Below, piece after piece: positions 43,717 to 53,116 of a DNA stretch of 64,000 bases (position 1 is the first letter of the stretch; each line of letters opens with the position of its first letter). The notes under the pieces are model-generated. The model saw only the letters and a list, made by a program, of their open reading frames with translations. It did no database searches and was not told the origin of the DNA. Source of the DNA: an uncultured Planctomycetaceae bacterium (GTDB taxonomy: Bacteria; Planctomycetota; Planctomycetia; Pirellulales; PALSA-1355); the NCBI GenBank assembly GCA_963785305.1, contig CAWAUV010000007.1, positions 448,001 to 512,000 on the forward strand, written 5' to 3'. The translations under genes and the position numbers were made by a program.

Positions 43717-44325
43717 CCATGACAAACTTACTGCTCGACGCCGAATTCTTTCGGCGCCCGGCGACTCGCGTGGCCCGCGATCTGCTCGGCAAAGTCCTCG
43801 TGCGCCGGTTGGAAAGCGGCGAAATAGTCGTCGCCGTGATTCATGAGACCGAGGCGTATGTCGGGCCTGCGCGATCTGGCGTGCCACGCGGCCCGGGGAC
43901 GCACGCCGCGCAATAGCGTGATGTTTGGGCCGCCGGGCCATTGGTATGTCTATTTCTGCTACGGCATGCACTGGATGCTGAATATCGTTACCGGCGACGA
44001 AGGCTACCCGGCGGCGGTGCTCCTTCGTGGCGCGGGCCCCTGGGTCGGACCTGGCCGGCTGACCAAGGGGCTGGCGATCGACAAACTGCAAAACGGTTGT
44101 CCGGCTCGCAAGGCCGAGGGTCTATGGATCGAAGATCGCGGGCTCCGCGTGCCGCGGTCGCGTGTCGCGACGACGCCGCGAATCGGTATCGACTATGCCG
44201 GCGATTGGGCCGCGAGGCCATACCGCTATGTGGCGAGGCCACTGGATGCCTGGGCGACGTCGGCCGGCGAGACTCGCGCGCCGCTCCTCGCGAGCTCGGC
44301 TCGGCGCGGCGGGCGACGAAAATAA
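43713..44325 (+). CDS. DNA-3-methyladenine glycosylase (AAG/MPG family), frameshift near 43865
   Basis: [17 protein letters not shown]; then [36 protein letters not shown]. Confidence 0.9.
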
Positions 44326-44377
44326 AACAGCCAGCAGCGCCGGGTCGAAGGGAGTCGACCCGGTCGCCGCTGGCTTT
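44321..44377. terminator. Long hairpin between convergent mpg and hsp20 genes, probable (bidirectional) terminator
   Basis: AGCCAGCAGCGCCGGGTCGA-agggag-TCGACCCGGTCGCCGCTGGCT, with an A-tract on the left and TTT on the right. Confidence 0.6.
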
Positions 44378-44401
44378 GCCAACAACAACTCCAAACGTGG
44401 C

Positions 44402-44812
44402 TCAGGCTTGGCCACGCACCTCGATCTTGCGCGGCTTGACCGACTCGATCTTGGGCAAATGCACTTTGAGCGTGCCGTCGACATATTCGGCCGTGATGCC
44501 CGCGACGTTGATCTTCTCGGTGACTTGAAACTCGCGGTGGAAATCGCCGACGCCGTACTCTTGCAGCAAATAGCGGGTCTCGGCCTTTTGCCGCGATTCG
44601 ATCCGTCCTTCGAGCAGGAGGGTGTCGTCTTCGAACTTCACATGGATCGAGTCGGAGCTCGCGCCGGGCATGTCGGCATGGATCACGAGCGCCTCGGGGG
44701 TCTCGAGAATGTCGACGTTCGGACGATAGGTATTCTTCGGCCCTTCAATTCGGCCCTTGCGAAGTTCGCTGGTTTCGGCCGTGTCTGGCCGAGTCATTTC
44801 TTGCGTGGTCAT
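44402..44812 (-). CDS. Small heat-shock protein (Hsp20/alpha-crystallin)
   Basis: PNVDILET, ADMPG, DGTLKVHLPK, KPRKIEV. Confidence 0.93.
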   Translation of the reverse strand: MTTQEMTRPDTAETSELRKGRIEGPKNTYRPNVDILETPEALVIHADMPGASSDSIHVKFEDDTLLLEGRIESRQKAETRYLLQEYGVGDFHREFQVTEKINVAGITAEYVDGTLKVHLPKIESVKPRKIEVRGQA

Positions 44813-44895
44813 GGGGTTTGGACTCCTTTTTGTTCTTGAATCGGTTCAAACGGATCGTTTGTCGATACGTGGATCGGCTGGCGCCGGGCGCGAGT

Positions 44896-45342
44896 TCACG
44901 CGCCGGCGGTCACGGCGATTTTGCGTGGCTTGGCGTTTTCGTGTTTCGGCAGCGTCACAAGTAGCACGCCATTGTTGAAGCTGGCCGTGACATTGGCCGC
45001 GTCGACTTCGACCGGCAAACGAATCAGCCGGGTAAAGGCCCCGAGCCCCCGCTCGCGACGATGACAAACGGCTTCGCCGCTCGAGTCGGCGCGCTGGCCT
45101 TTGATCGTGAGATCGGCGCCGCTTACCGAAATTTCGACATCGGCGGCTTTCACACCAGGGATTTCCGCCTCGGCATACAAGACATCGCCTTCCTGCCAGA
45201 CATTCACGGATGGAAACACGCGGTTCACGGCCAAGCGCGGAGCGATCGACGCCAAATTGTCCCATACTCCGCCAAGCTGACGATCGAACTCGGAACGTAA
45301 TTGCTGAAATGGGTCAAACATACCGGCGCGACGATGCATCAT
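44896..45342 (-). CDS. Small heat-shock protein (Hsp20/alpha-crystallin)
   Basis: FPSVNVW, AEIPGV, RRERGLGAFTR, NGVLLVTLPK, KPRKIAV; GGAG RBS. Confidence 0.93.
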   Translation of the reverse strand: MMHRRAGMFDPFQQLRSEFDRQLGGVWDNLASIAPRLAVNRVFPSVNVWQEGDVLYAEAEIPGVKAADVEISVSGADLTIKGQRADSSGEAVCHRRERGLGAFTRLIRLPVEVDAANVTASFNNGVLLVTLPKHENAKPRKIAVTAGA

Positions 45343-45463
45343 GATATTTGCTCCATGAAAAGGTAGAGGGATACTTTTGAAACAGATCGCATTCAATGCG
45401 AGCGATTTACGAGCGTCGCGAGAGGGGGCGAACCCGCAAGCGAGGCTCGTGTAAGTAGGAGGA

Positions 45464-45480
45464 TGCAAGCGCAATGCCAA
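45464..45480 (-). promoter_or_regulatory. Sigma54 (-24/-12) promoter of the hsp20 pair
   Basis: Minus strand reads TTGGCATTGCGCTTGCA, i.e. GG-N10-GC consensus. Confidence 0.75.
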
Positions 45481-45956
45481 ACGCGACTCAGAGTTCGACA
45501 AACGTTCGCAAACACTGTGAACGCAAAGATTTACAAGATCACGGCGGGCACGAGGCTGTGTTTTAAGGGGATGCCAAAATGGCAGTTTCATATGTCTTTG
45601 GCATGCCGCGACGGCGAACGCGGCGAACCAAAAACAACCGAGGACCCCGCGCGTTTGGCGAAGTTTGCGGATTGCTCAAACCTTTGTCGCCAACAAATTT
45701 GGGCGTTGTGGGGCGGCTTTTCTGCCGATATATTGAGTGCCGCTCGGTTCGGCCCCGGCGGGATCGTTGCCGGGGGGGCGATCCCACGGGCGACTTTTTT
45801 CGCGGGCGCGGTTCCCCCGGCTCTTGGCCACGGTCTCCCAAAAGATTGTGGCGCCCAAGATTGGCGTTTGGCCAAGCACGGGCGGGAGCGCGGGGGGCGT
45901 TTCTCGCGAATGTTCGGCCCGCTGGGTCCGCCGACTCCTTCAGCCCCCCGTGAACT

Positions 45957-46490
45957 ATGCGATTCACTTTCGTCGACCGCATCCTGGAGCTGGAGCCGGG
46001 TCGAAAAATCACCACGCTCAAAGTGCTGTCGCTCGCCGAGGAGTATTTGGCCGACCACTTTCCGCGATTTCCGGTGATGCCGGGAGTGTTGATGCTCGAG
46101 TCGATGACGCATGCCGGAGCGTGGCTGGTGCGGGCGAGCGAGGATTTTGCCCATAGCATGGTGCTGCTCAAGGAAGCGCGAAATGTGAAATTCGCCAAGT
46201 TCGTGGCGCCCGGGCAGGTGCTCACCGTCACCGCCGAAATCATTAAACAGGATGGACGCGAAACCCATCTGAAGACGCAGGGAACCGTTTCGGGCGAGCC
46301 GGCGGTAATGGGGCGACTGGTGCTCGAGCGATTTGACTTGGGCGAGACCCGTCCCGAAATGCGAGCCGTCGACGCGCATCTCAAGCAGCAGATGCGGACC
46401 ATGCTGGCGCTGCTGTATCAGGCGCCGCCATCGGCTAGCGCCGATAGCAATGGCGTGGCGAACCTGAGCGGCGCCCAACCGACAGCATGA
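45957..46490 (+). CDS. FabZ-like beta-hydroxyacyl-ACP dehydratase
   Basis: MRFTFVDRI, EEYLADHFPRFPVMPGVLMLE, VKFAKFVAPG. Confidence 0.88.
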   Translation: MRFTFVDRILELEPGRKITTLKVLSLAEEYLADHFPRFPVMPGVLMLESMTHAGAWLVRASEDFAHSMVLLKEARNVKFAKFVAPGQVLTVTAEIIKQDGRETHLKTQGTVSGEPAVMGRLVLERFDLGETRPEMRAVDAHLKQQMRTMLALLYQAPPSASADSNGVANLSGAQPTA

Positions 46491-46634
46491 ACAATACACC
46501 TGGCGGCTGGCCATCATTCATTGCGAAGGCCCGATGTCGCCGAAGTTAACTGGTACCCACGAACAATAGCCCCGAACTTTTTTTCATGCCCGAGCGCCGC
46601 TGGCGCCGGCCAAGCCCGTTGGAGGTTCGCTCAG

Positions 46635-47024
46635 ATGCCGATGCAAGATGACGCCGTGTTTTCCAAAGTGCAAACCGCGCTGGTCGACGCCCTGGGCGTG
46701 GACGAAGACGAAGTCACGCCCGAAGCCACGCTGGTTGGCGACTTGGGCGCCGAATCGATCGATTTTCTCGACATCGTGTTTCGACTCGAAAAGGCGTTCG
46801 ATATCAAGATTCCGCGGAGCGAACTGTTTCCCGAGGATATTCTCAACAACGCGGAATACGTGAGCGGCGGCAAGGTGTCGCCCGAGGGCGTGGCCAAGCT
46901 CCGCGAGCGGATGCCGTTTGCCGATCTGACCAAGTTCGAGTCGAACCCGGTGGTGCAGGATTTCGCGAATCAGCTCACGGTGCAAGACATGGTGCGGTAT
47001 GTCGAGAGCAAGGTAAAGAGCTGA
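46635..47024 (+). CDS. Acyl carrier protein, long variant with an internal insertion
   Basis: LVDALGVDEDEV, DLGAESIDFLDIVFRLEKAFDIKI, TVQDMVRYV; GGAGG RBS. Confidence 0.9.
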   Translation: MPMQDDAVFSKVQTALVDALGVDEDEVTPEATLVGDLGAESIDFLDIVFRLEKAFDIKIPRSELFPEDILNNAEYVSGGKVSPEGVAKLRERMPFADLTKFESNPVVQDFANQLTVQDMVRYVESKVKS

Positions 47025-47037
47025 GGAATCGCCGGAT

Positions 47038-47575
47038 ATGCGCTGGTTTTGGATCGATCGCTTCACGCATTTCGAGAGCGGGCGCACGGCCACCACGGTC
47101 AAGAACGTGACCTTGGCCGAAGAGCACCTGCACGACCATTTCCCCGGCGCACCGGTGATGCCCAACTCGCTTATTATCGAGGGACTGGCCCAAACCGGCG
47201 GCCTCTTGGTGGGCGAGCACCGAGGGTTCGAGGAACGGGTCGTGCTCGGCAAGGTCTGCAAATCCAAGTTTCATTTTCATGCCGTGCCCGGCGACTCGCT
47301 CCGCTACCAGACCGATATCGTCGATGTGCAAAAAGACGGGGCGCTGCGTCAATGGCACTTGCCATGTGGGCGATCGGCTGCAGGCCGAGGTCGAGCTGTT
47401 TTTCGTGCATCTCGACGAGAACATGGCCGGCAAGGAGTTGTTCGACCCGGCCACGCTCCTGCAAATGCTGAAGATGGTCGGCCTATTCGCGGTCGGCCGC
47501 ACCGCGAGTGGCGCTCCGCTCGAAATTCCCCCCGCCCTGGCCGCCGCCGAAGCCGCCTATCAGCCCTCGCGGTAG
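47038..47575 (+). CDS. Second FabZ-like dehydratase, frameshift near 47345
   Basis: MRWFWIDRF, EEHLHDHFPGAPVMPNSLIIE, AVPGDSL; the C-terminus continues in the 47279 frame. Confidence 0.85.
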
Positions 47576-47671
47576 AATAGCGTCGGACGCGCGGAGCCAA
47601 TTCAAGACACTTCACGACATGTTCCGCGCGACCGCGACCATTTCCCGCGCGGCTTTTGGGAGGATAGCTCC

Positions 47672-48958
47672 ATGACACGACGACGCGTAGTGATTACCGG
47701 CATGGGTTGCGTGACCCCGATGGGCGCCGATGTCGAGCAAGTTTGGAGCGGACTCAAAGAGGGCCACTCCGGCGTGGATTACACGACCATCTTCGACGCC
47801 ACTCGCTTCCCCACCAAGATTTCGGCCGAAGTCCGCGGTTGGGAAATCTCCGATGTGGGCGAAGACCCGGAGAAATGGCGCTTGCGCGGCCGGCACACCA
47901 AGTTCGCCGCCGGGGCCGCCAAACGCGCGGTCGAGGACGCCGGCATTCTCGATCGCCCGCTCGATCCCACGCGCTTCGGCGTGTACCTGGGCAGCGGCGA
48001 GGGCCAGCAGGATTTTCACTGCTTCACGCGCATGATGACCAGTGCCCTGGCCGGACCCGATTTCGATATCGCGCTCTTCACCAAGGCCGGCATCGAGACC
48101 CTGCACCCGACGATCGAGCTCGAGCAAGAGCCCAACATGCCGGCCGGCCACCTCGCGAGCATGTTCGATGCCCAGGGCCCAAACGCCAACTGTCTCACGG
48201 CCTGCGCCGCCAGCAGCCAGGCGATCGGCGAGGCGGCCGAATTGATTCGCCGGGGCGATGTCGATGTGATGCTCTCGGGCGGCACCCATAGCATGATCCA
48301 TCCGTTTGGCGTCACGGGCTTCAATCTGCTCACGGCCCTGAGCACGAACAACGAAAACCCGACACGCGCTTCGCGCCCCTTCGATCGTGACCGCGATGGC
48401 TTCGTGCTCGGCGAGGGAGCGGCGATGATGGTGGTCGAGGAACTTGAACACGCGAAGCGGCGCGGCGCCAAAATCTACGGCGAACTGCGCGGCTACGGTT
48501 CGACCGCCGACGCCTTCCGCATCACCGATACCCATCCCGAGGGCCGCGGCGCCACGCGCTGCATTCAGCTCGCGCTCGAAGACGCCGGCCTCTCGCGCGA
48601 AGCGGTCGACTATATCAATGCCCACGGCACGAGCACGACGGTCAACGACAAGGTCGAAACCCTGGCCATTAAGAATGTGTTCGGCGATCAAGCCTACAAA
48701 GTGCCGATCTCGAGCACCAAGAGCATGATGGGCCACCTGATCGCCGCGGCCGGCGCCACGGAGCTCATGATCTGCCTTCTGGCCATTCGTGATCGTGTGC
48801 TGCCGCCGACGATCAACTACGAGAATCACGACCCGGAATGCGATCTCGACTATATTCCGAACTCGGCCCGTGACGGTCGCTGCGAAGTGGCGCTGTCGAA
48901 CAGCTTCGGCTTCGGCGGGCAAAATGTCTCGCTGATCGTAAGCCGCTTCACCGGGTAA
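47672..48958 (+). CDS. fabF: Beta-ketoacyl-ACP synthase II
   Basis: RRVVITGMG, TACAASSQAIG, SRPFDRDRDGFVLGEG, INAHGTST, STKSMMGHL, SNSFGFGG. Confidence 0.92.
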   Translation: MTRRRVVITGMGCVTPMGADVEQVWSGLKEGHSGVDYTTIFDATRFPTKISAEVRGWEISDVGEDPEKWRLRGRHTKFAAGAAKRAVEDAGILDRPLDPTRFGVYLGSGEGQQDFHCFTRMMTSALAGPDFDIALFTKAGIETLHPTIELEQEPNMPAGHLASMFDAQGPNANCLTACAASSQAIGEAAELIRRGDVDVMLSGGTHSMIHPFGVTGFNLLTALSTNNENPTRASRPFDRDRDGFVLGEGAAMMVVEELEHAKRRGAKIYGELRGYGSTADAFRITDTHPEGRGATRCIQLALEDAGLSREAVDYINAHGTSTTVNDKVETLAIKNVFGDQAYKVPISSTKSMMGHLIAAAGATELMICLLAIRDRVLPPTINYENHDPECDLDYIPNSARDGRCEVALSNSFGFGGQNVSLIVSRFTG

Positions 48959-48997
48959 CGACCGCGGCATGCCGGCGGCTTCTTGAAAAACCAGGAA

Positions 48998-49086
48998 ATT
49001 CGCCGCGGAAGAACACGGAATAGCACGGAAGGAAAAACCGGGAAGCGGTCCTTTTCCGCGCGTGTCCGTGTCCTTCCGTGGCTGAA
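48998..49086. repeat. REP-like palindrome made of 3+3 CACGGAA/TTCCGTG units at a 10-bp period
   Basis: cgcCGCGGAA gaaCACGGAA tagCACGGAA ... TTCCGCG cgtGTCCGTG tccTTCCGTGgc, between convergent fabF and cheX. Confidence 0.7.
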
Positions 49087-49106
49087 AATCCCCCGTCTTC
49101 GTCTCT

Positions 49107-49574
49107 TCAGCGGGCCGGCGCGTCGACTAGTCCGACTTCGACACACACGGCGCCGAGCTCCGACTCGAACGGAATCACCAGCGGCGGCGAGCCCGAGGGG
49201 AAACTGATCGAGTGGCTGCGGCCGCAGATCACGGTGGGCAGTCCGATACTGAGTTGATATCCCTCGAGGGCGGTCTTGGCGCTGCCGGCGATCATGTTGG
49301 TGAGCTCGCCCATGGCGTCGACCACGTCGCCATTGATTTCCGTGGGCTTCGAGCCGAGCAACACTTCCGCGGCCCGCAGCGCGGTCGACCGGCCGACCGT
49401 CACCACCACCATGCCTTGCAGTTGACCGCCCAGGCCGATCAGCCCGCTGACTTCGTGCGTGGGCGCGTGGTTGTGCTTGATCCCCACGGTCCCGCGAGTG
49501 AGCGTGGCGCCGAGCATGGTCGCGAACACTTTTTGCGTCGCGGCGACGAATGGATTGATGAGTTCAACTTGCAT
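49107..49574 (-). CDS. cheX: Chemotaxis phosphatase CheX
   Basis: INPFVAATQKVFATM, VSGLIGLGG, DAMGELTNMIAG, LPTVICG. Confidence 0.92.
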   Translation of the reverse strand: MQVELINPFVAATQKVFATMLGATLTRGTVGIKHNHAPTHEVSGLIGLGGQLQGMVVVTVGRSTALRAAEVLLGSKPTEINGDVVDAMGELTNMIAGSAKTALEGYQLSIGLPTVICGRSHSISFPSGSPPLVIPFESELGAVCVEVGLVDAPAR

Positions 49575-49658
49575 CAGGAACCCCGGTTTATTTGGCGACG
49601 CGCTAGGCGACGATTTCAACGCCAAGCGGCGGCGGACTTTCGTTACCCAAGGCGGTTA

Positions 49659-50024
49659 CTACAGCGCCCCGAACTTTTCGAGTTTCTCGCGCAGCAGTTC
49701 GGCCGTGAACGGCTTGACCAGATAATCGTTCACGCCGGCTTGGATCGCTTCGAGCACTTGCCGCTTTTCGCCTTCGGTCGTCACCATGACGATCGGTGTC
49801 TTGGCGCCGCGAGCGCGAATGTCGCGCGCCAACTCCACGCCGGTCTTATTCGGCATGTTCCAGTCGGTGATCACGAGATCGAACGGCTGCTGCTCGAATG
49901 CCTTGAGGCCCTCGACGCCATCGGCCGCTTCCACGATATTTTTGATGCCGACCGCTTCGAGCGACCGTGAAATGATCTTGCGCATGGTGCCCGAATCATC
50001 GACGACGAGTGCCTTGCCGCACAT
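49659..50024 (-). CDS. cheY: CheY-like response regulator
   Basis: LVVDDSGTMRKII, ITDWNMP, MVTTE, YLVKPFT. Confidence 0.92.
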   Translation of the reverse strand: MCGKALVVDDSGTMRKIISRSLEAVGIKNIVEAADGVEGLKAFEQQPFDLVITDWNMPNKTGVELARDIRARGAKTPIVMVTTEGEKRQVLEAIQAGVNDYLVKPFTAELLREKLEKFGAL

Positions 50025-50098
50025 GGTTTTGTTCCTTGGAATAAAAAGATAACGCTCGACGAAAAAATAAGCGCTCACCGCGCCCGCGCTTGTCGGGC

Positions 50099-50632
50099 TC
50101 AGCGCTGTGAGTACACGCGATGCAACACGTCGGCGGCGGAAGCCGGCTCGAGCGGGGCGCGGCGGATTTTGACATACACCCGCACCCGCGCCACGCCCAC
50201 TCCCGAGTCAAACGCCACATCGTGCAGTAGTCGGGCATCGTGAACGCGAAGGTTCGAATCGCGGCAGTCGACGATCGTGGGCAGCGACAGCGAAGTGGGG
50301 CCCGGCAACACGCTCTTGAGATTGCCGCCGATCATGTTCGCGAGCTCGGCGGCCGCGTCGATACGGTCGTTTTCGCCCACGGTCCCCGGCGAGATTGCGA
50401 GCATCGCCGCCGCCGACGCTTGGGCCAACTCGGGTGATTGCGAGAGCACGACGCTCCCGATCCAGTTGCCGGTGAGTTGCACCGCCGCCAGCAGCGAGTT
50501 GGCGTCGGAATCGAGCGGCGCGGAGCAGCGTTCGAGTTCGAGCCCGATCATGGTCGCATAGACCGAGCGGGCAATCTGATCGATCGACGATTCTTCGAGC
50601 CGCGTTTCCGGTTCAATATCCATGGTTCTCAC
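50099..50632 (-). CDS. CheX-like protein
   Basis: VQLTGNWIGSV, DAAAELANMIGGNLKSVLP, LSLPTIV. Confidence 0.82.
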   Translation of the reverse strand: MRTMDIEPETRLEESSIDQIARSVYATMIGLELERCSAPLDSDANSLLAAVQLTGNWIGSVVLSQSPELAQASAAAMLAISPGTVGENDRIDAAAELANMIGGNLKSVLPGPTSLSLPTIVDCRDSNLRVHDARLLHDVAFDSGVGVARVRVYVKIRRAPLEPASAADVLHRVYSQR

Positions 50633-50683
50633 TTTCGCATTGGTCGCGCCGCGCCTGGCCCCTGGATCGGCGAATGCGACGCT

Positions 50684-51509
50684 TTATTTGACACGATAAA
50701 ACACGCTCGGCCCTTCTTGCACGCGCTCGAACCGGGCATCGAGCCCCATGGTCGTTTCCGCGGCGCCCAAGAACAGCACTCCGCCGGGCGCCATCACCCT
50801 CCGCACCTTTTCGAGAATCGCCTTCTTGGCCTCGGGCGCGAAGTAGATCAGCACATTGCGCAAAAACACGACATCCATCCGCGGCAGCGGCGGCCAAGTC
50901 TCGATCAGGTTCATTTTCATGAAACTGGTCATGGCGCGCAGCTCCGGACGCAGCCGCCACTCCATGCCTTCGCGCTCGAAGTATTTCACCAGCAGCTTGG
51001 CCGCGAGGCCGCGATTGACCTCGGCTTGCGAGAATCGCCCGGCCTGGGCTCGCGCGAGCACTTCGTCGGACAAGTCGGCCCCGATCAATTGAACATTCCA
51101 CGACGCGAGCTCCGCGAAATGCTCGCGGAGCAATATGGCCACCGAATAAAGCTCTTGGCCGCTGGAACAGGCCGCCGACCAAATCGCGAGCGAGCGTCGA
51201 GCCGCATTGCGGGCAATCAGTTCGGGCAAAATCCCGTGGCGCAGGCTCTCGAATGGATGCAGGTCGCGAAAGAAACTCGTTTCGTTCGTGGTCATCGCTT
51301 CGACCAGCCGCGCTTCGAGGTCGACGCGGCGTTTGCCGCGCACCTCGCGCATCAACGCGTCGATCGAATCGAACCCGTGTTGACGGGCCACCGGCCCCAG
51401 CCGCGCCTCGATCAAATACGCTTTTCCCTGGTCGAGCTCGATCGCCGAGCGTTGGCGCACCAGCGCGAACACTCGAGATCGCGTCGGGAGTGAGAGTCGT
51501 GCTTGTCAT
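50684..51509 (-). CDS. cheR: Chemotaxis methyltransferase CheR, frameshift near 51475
   Basis: EAMTTNETSFFRD, IWSAACSSGQELYS, FLRNVLIYF, LFLGAAE; ATG 51509 overlaps the cheB stop. Confidence 0.93.
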
Positions 51510-52597
51510 AGGTTCGCGCCTCCTGACATAAGTGAGCGGGTCGCGCGAGCGGCCGCGCGCCGCAGTTCGATGGCGATGTCGCCGAGGGGCAAAATCTTTT
51601 TCGCCAGCCCGGCCTCGCACACTGCCCGTGGCATGCCCCACACGATCGATGTCGCCTCGTCCTGGGCAATGACGACTCCGCCCGATCGCACGATCGCATC
51701 GGCGCCGCGCATGCCGTCTTGTCCCATGCCGGTGAGCACCACCGCCAAGCAGCCCTCGCGATAGGCCGCGGCGGCCGAGCGAAAGAGCACATCGACCGCT
51801 GGCCGGCAGGAGTTTTCGGCCGGTCCTTGACCGAGCGCGGCGCGGACCTGAATGCCCACGCGTTTGAGTTCGAGATGATAGTCGCCTGGCGCGATCAGCA
51901 CTTGTCCTGGCCGGAGGGTTTCGTTGCCCGCGGCTTCGGCCACTTCGAGCGCGCACTCTTGATCGAGACGATGCGCCAGATGTTTGGTGAACACGGGCGG
52001 CATGTGCTGCACGACCACGATCGGCGCCGGAAAGTTCTCAGGCAGCCGGCTCAAGACCGCGGCCAGCGCTTGTGGCCCGCCGGTGGATGAACCGATCACC
52101 ACCGCCTCGCATCGCCGCTCGGCGCCGGGTAGGTCGCGCCGCGCAGCCGCGCCCAGTCGCTCTCCGATGCCAGGCAGCGCGGCGCGAGCGGGGGAGCAAA
52201 GCGCCTTGATCTTGGGAATCAGTTGAGCGCGAACCATCTCCATGCCGGCGGCCACGCTGCCCACATTGGCCGGCTTGGCCACATAGTCCGTTGCGCCGCG
52301 AGCCAGGGCGTCGAGCGTGGCCACGGCGCCGCGATCCGTGAGCGTGCTGAACATGATCACCGGCAGTCGCGGATAGTCGCGGCGCACCAGCGGCAGCGTC
52401 GCCAGGCCGTCGAGCTCCGGCATCTCGATATCGAGGGTCATGAGGTCGGGATTGAGTTGCGGCAGCTTGGCAAGCGCCAATTTTCCATTGGCCGCCACGC
52501 CGACCACTTCGATTTCCGCGTCGGCGCCGAGAATATCGGTCAGCAAGCGGCGGATCACCACCGAATCGTCGACAATCATTACGCGAATGCGTTTCAT
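51506..52597 (-). CDS. cheB: Chemotaxis methylesterase CheB
   Basis: REC domain (TLDIEMP) plus GSSTGGP, VQHMP, RPAVDVLF, LTGMGQDG, VWGMP. Confidence 0.96.
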   Translation of the reverse strand: MKRIRVMIVDDSVVIRRLLTDILGADAEIEVVGVAANGKLALAKLPQLNPDLMTLDIEMPELDGLATLPLVRRDYPRLPVIMFSTLTDRGAVATLDALARGATDYVAKPANVGSVAAGMEMVRAQLIPKIKALCSPARAALPGIGERLGAAARRDLPGAERRCEAVVIGSSTGGPQALAAVLSRLPENFPAPIVVVQHMPPVFTKHLAHRLDQECALEVAEAAGNETLRPGQVLIAPGDYHLELKRVGIQVRAALGQGPAENSCRPAVDVLFRSAAAAYREGCLAVVLTGMGQDGMRGADAIVRSGGVVIAQDEATSIVWGMPRAVCEAGLAKKILPLGDIAIELRRAAARATRSLMSGGANL

Positions 52598-52598
52598 G

Positions 52599-52967
52599 CT
52601 AGTTCACGACTCCGATCAACCGGAGTTTCTCGACGAGGTCTTCCTTGCGAAACGGCTTCATCAAGTATTCGTCGGCGCCGGCCGTGAGTGCGCGAAGCAT
52701 TTGATCGGGCTCGGTCTCGGTGGTGACCATGAGCACGGCGGTGGCGCGAAACGCGCGTTGCGCCGCAGCGCCTTGATGAAATCGAGCCCGTCCATCCGCG
52801 GCATGTTCCAGTCGACCAGCACCAATTGCGGCGCTGGACCCGCGGCCAAGACTTCCAGCGCCTTGGGCGCCATTGTTGGCGTCGGTGGTTTCGAAGCCAA
52901 GTTCGGCGAGAATCTCGGACTCGATGCGGCGAATCGGTCGCGAGTCATCGACAATCAACGCTTTCAT
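52599..52967 (-). CDS. cheY: Second CheY-like response regulator, two compensating frameshifts
   Basis: MKALIVDDS and MVTTE..YLMKPF are in one frame; the central LVDWNMPRMDG is in the 52661..52954 frame. Confidence 0.85.
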   Translation of the reverse strand: MKALIVDDSRPIRRIESEILAELGFETTDANNGAQGAGSLGRGSSAAIGAGRLEHAADGRARFHQGAAAQRAFRATAVLMVTTETEPDQMLRALTAGADEYLMKPFRKEDLVEKLRLIGVVN

Positions 52968-53116
52968 AAACGCAGCTTTCTTTTCGGGCTCTGGCGGAGG
53001 GCGTGGTTCGAGACGTTGGAAGAAAGGGGATCGTGCCCGGGAATTCAAGGCCATGCGGGCGCCGGCCGGCCGCGAGGCTCGCGAACCGACCGGCGCTCTC
53101 GCAAGTGTCGACCGAC

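Noticed and set aside
45572..45610. CIRCE/HrcA operator upstream of hsp20
   Set aside because: Does not match TTAGCACTC-N9-GAGTGCTAA; better explained as a sigma54 enhancer site.
48998..49086. Short periodic repeats (also 39310-39378 and 59738-59830) as CRISPR arrays
   Set aside because: There are no unique ~30-bp spacers between identical repeats and no cas genes.
53057..53098. GC-rich hairpin between the MCP and cheY as a terminator
   Set aside because: It lies inside the operon with no adjacent U-tract; at most an mRNA-stability element.
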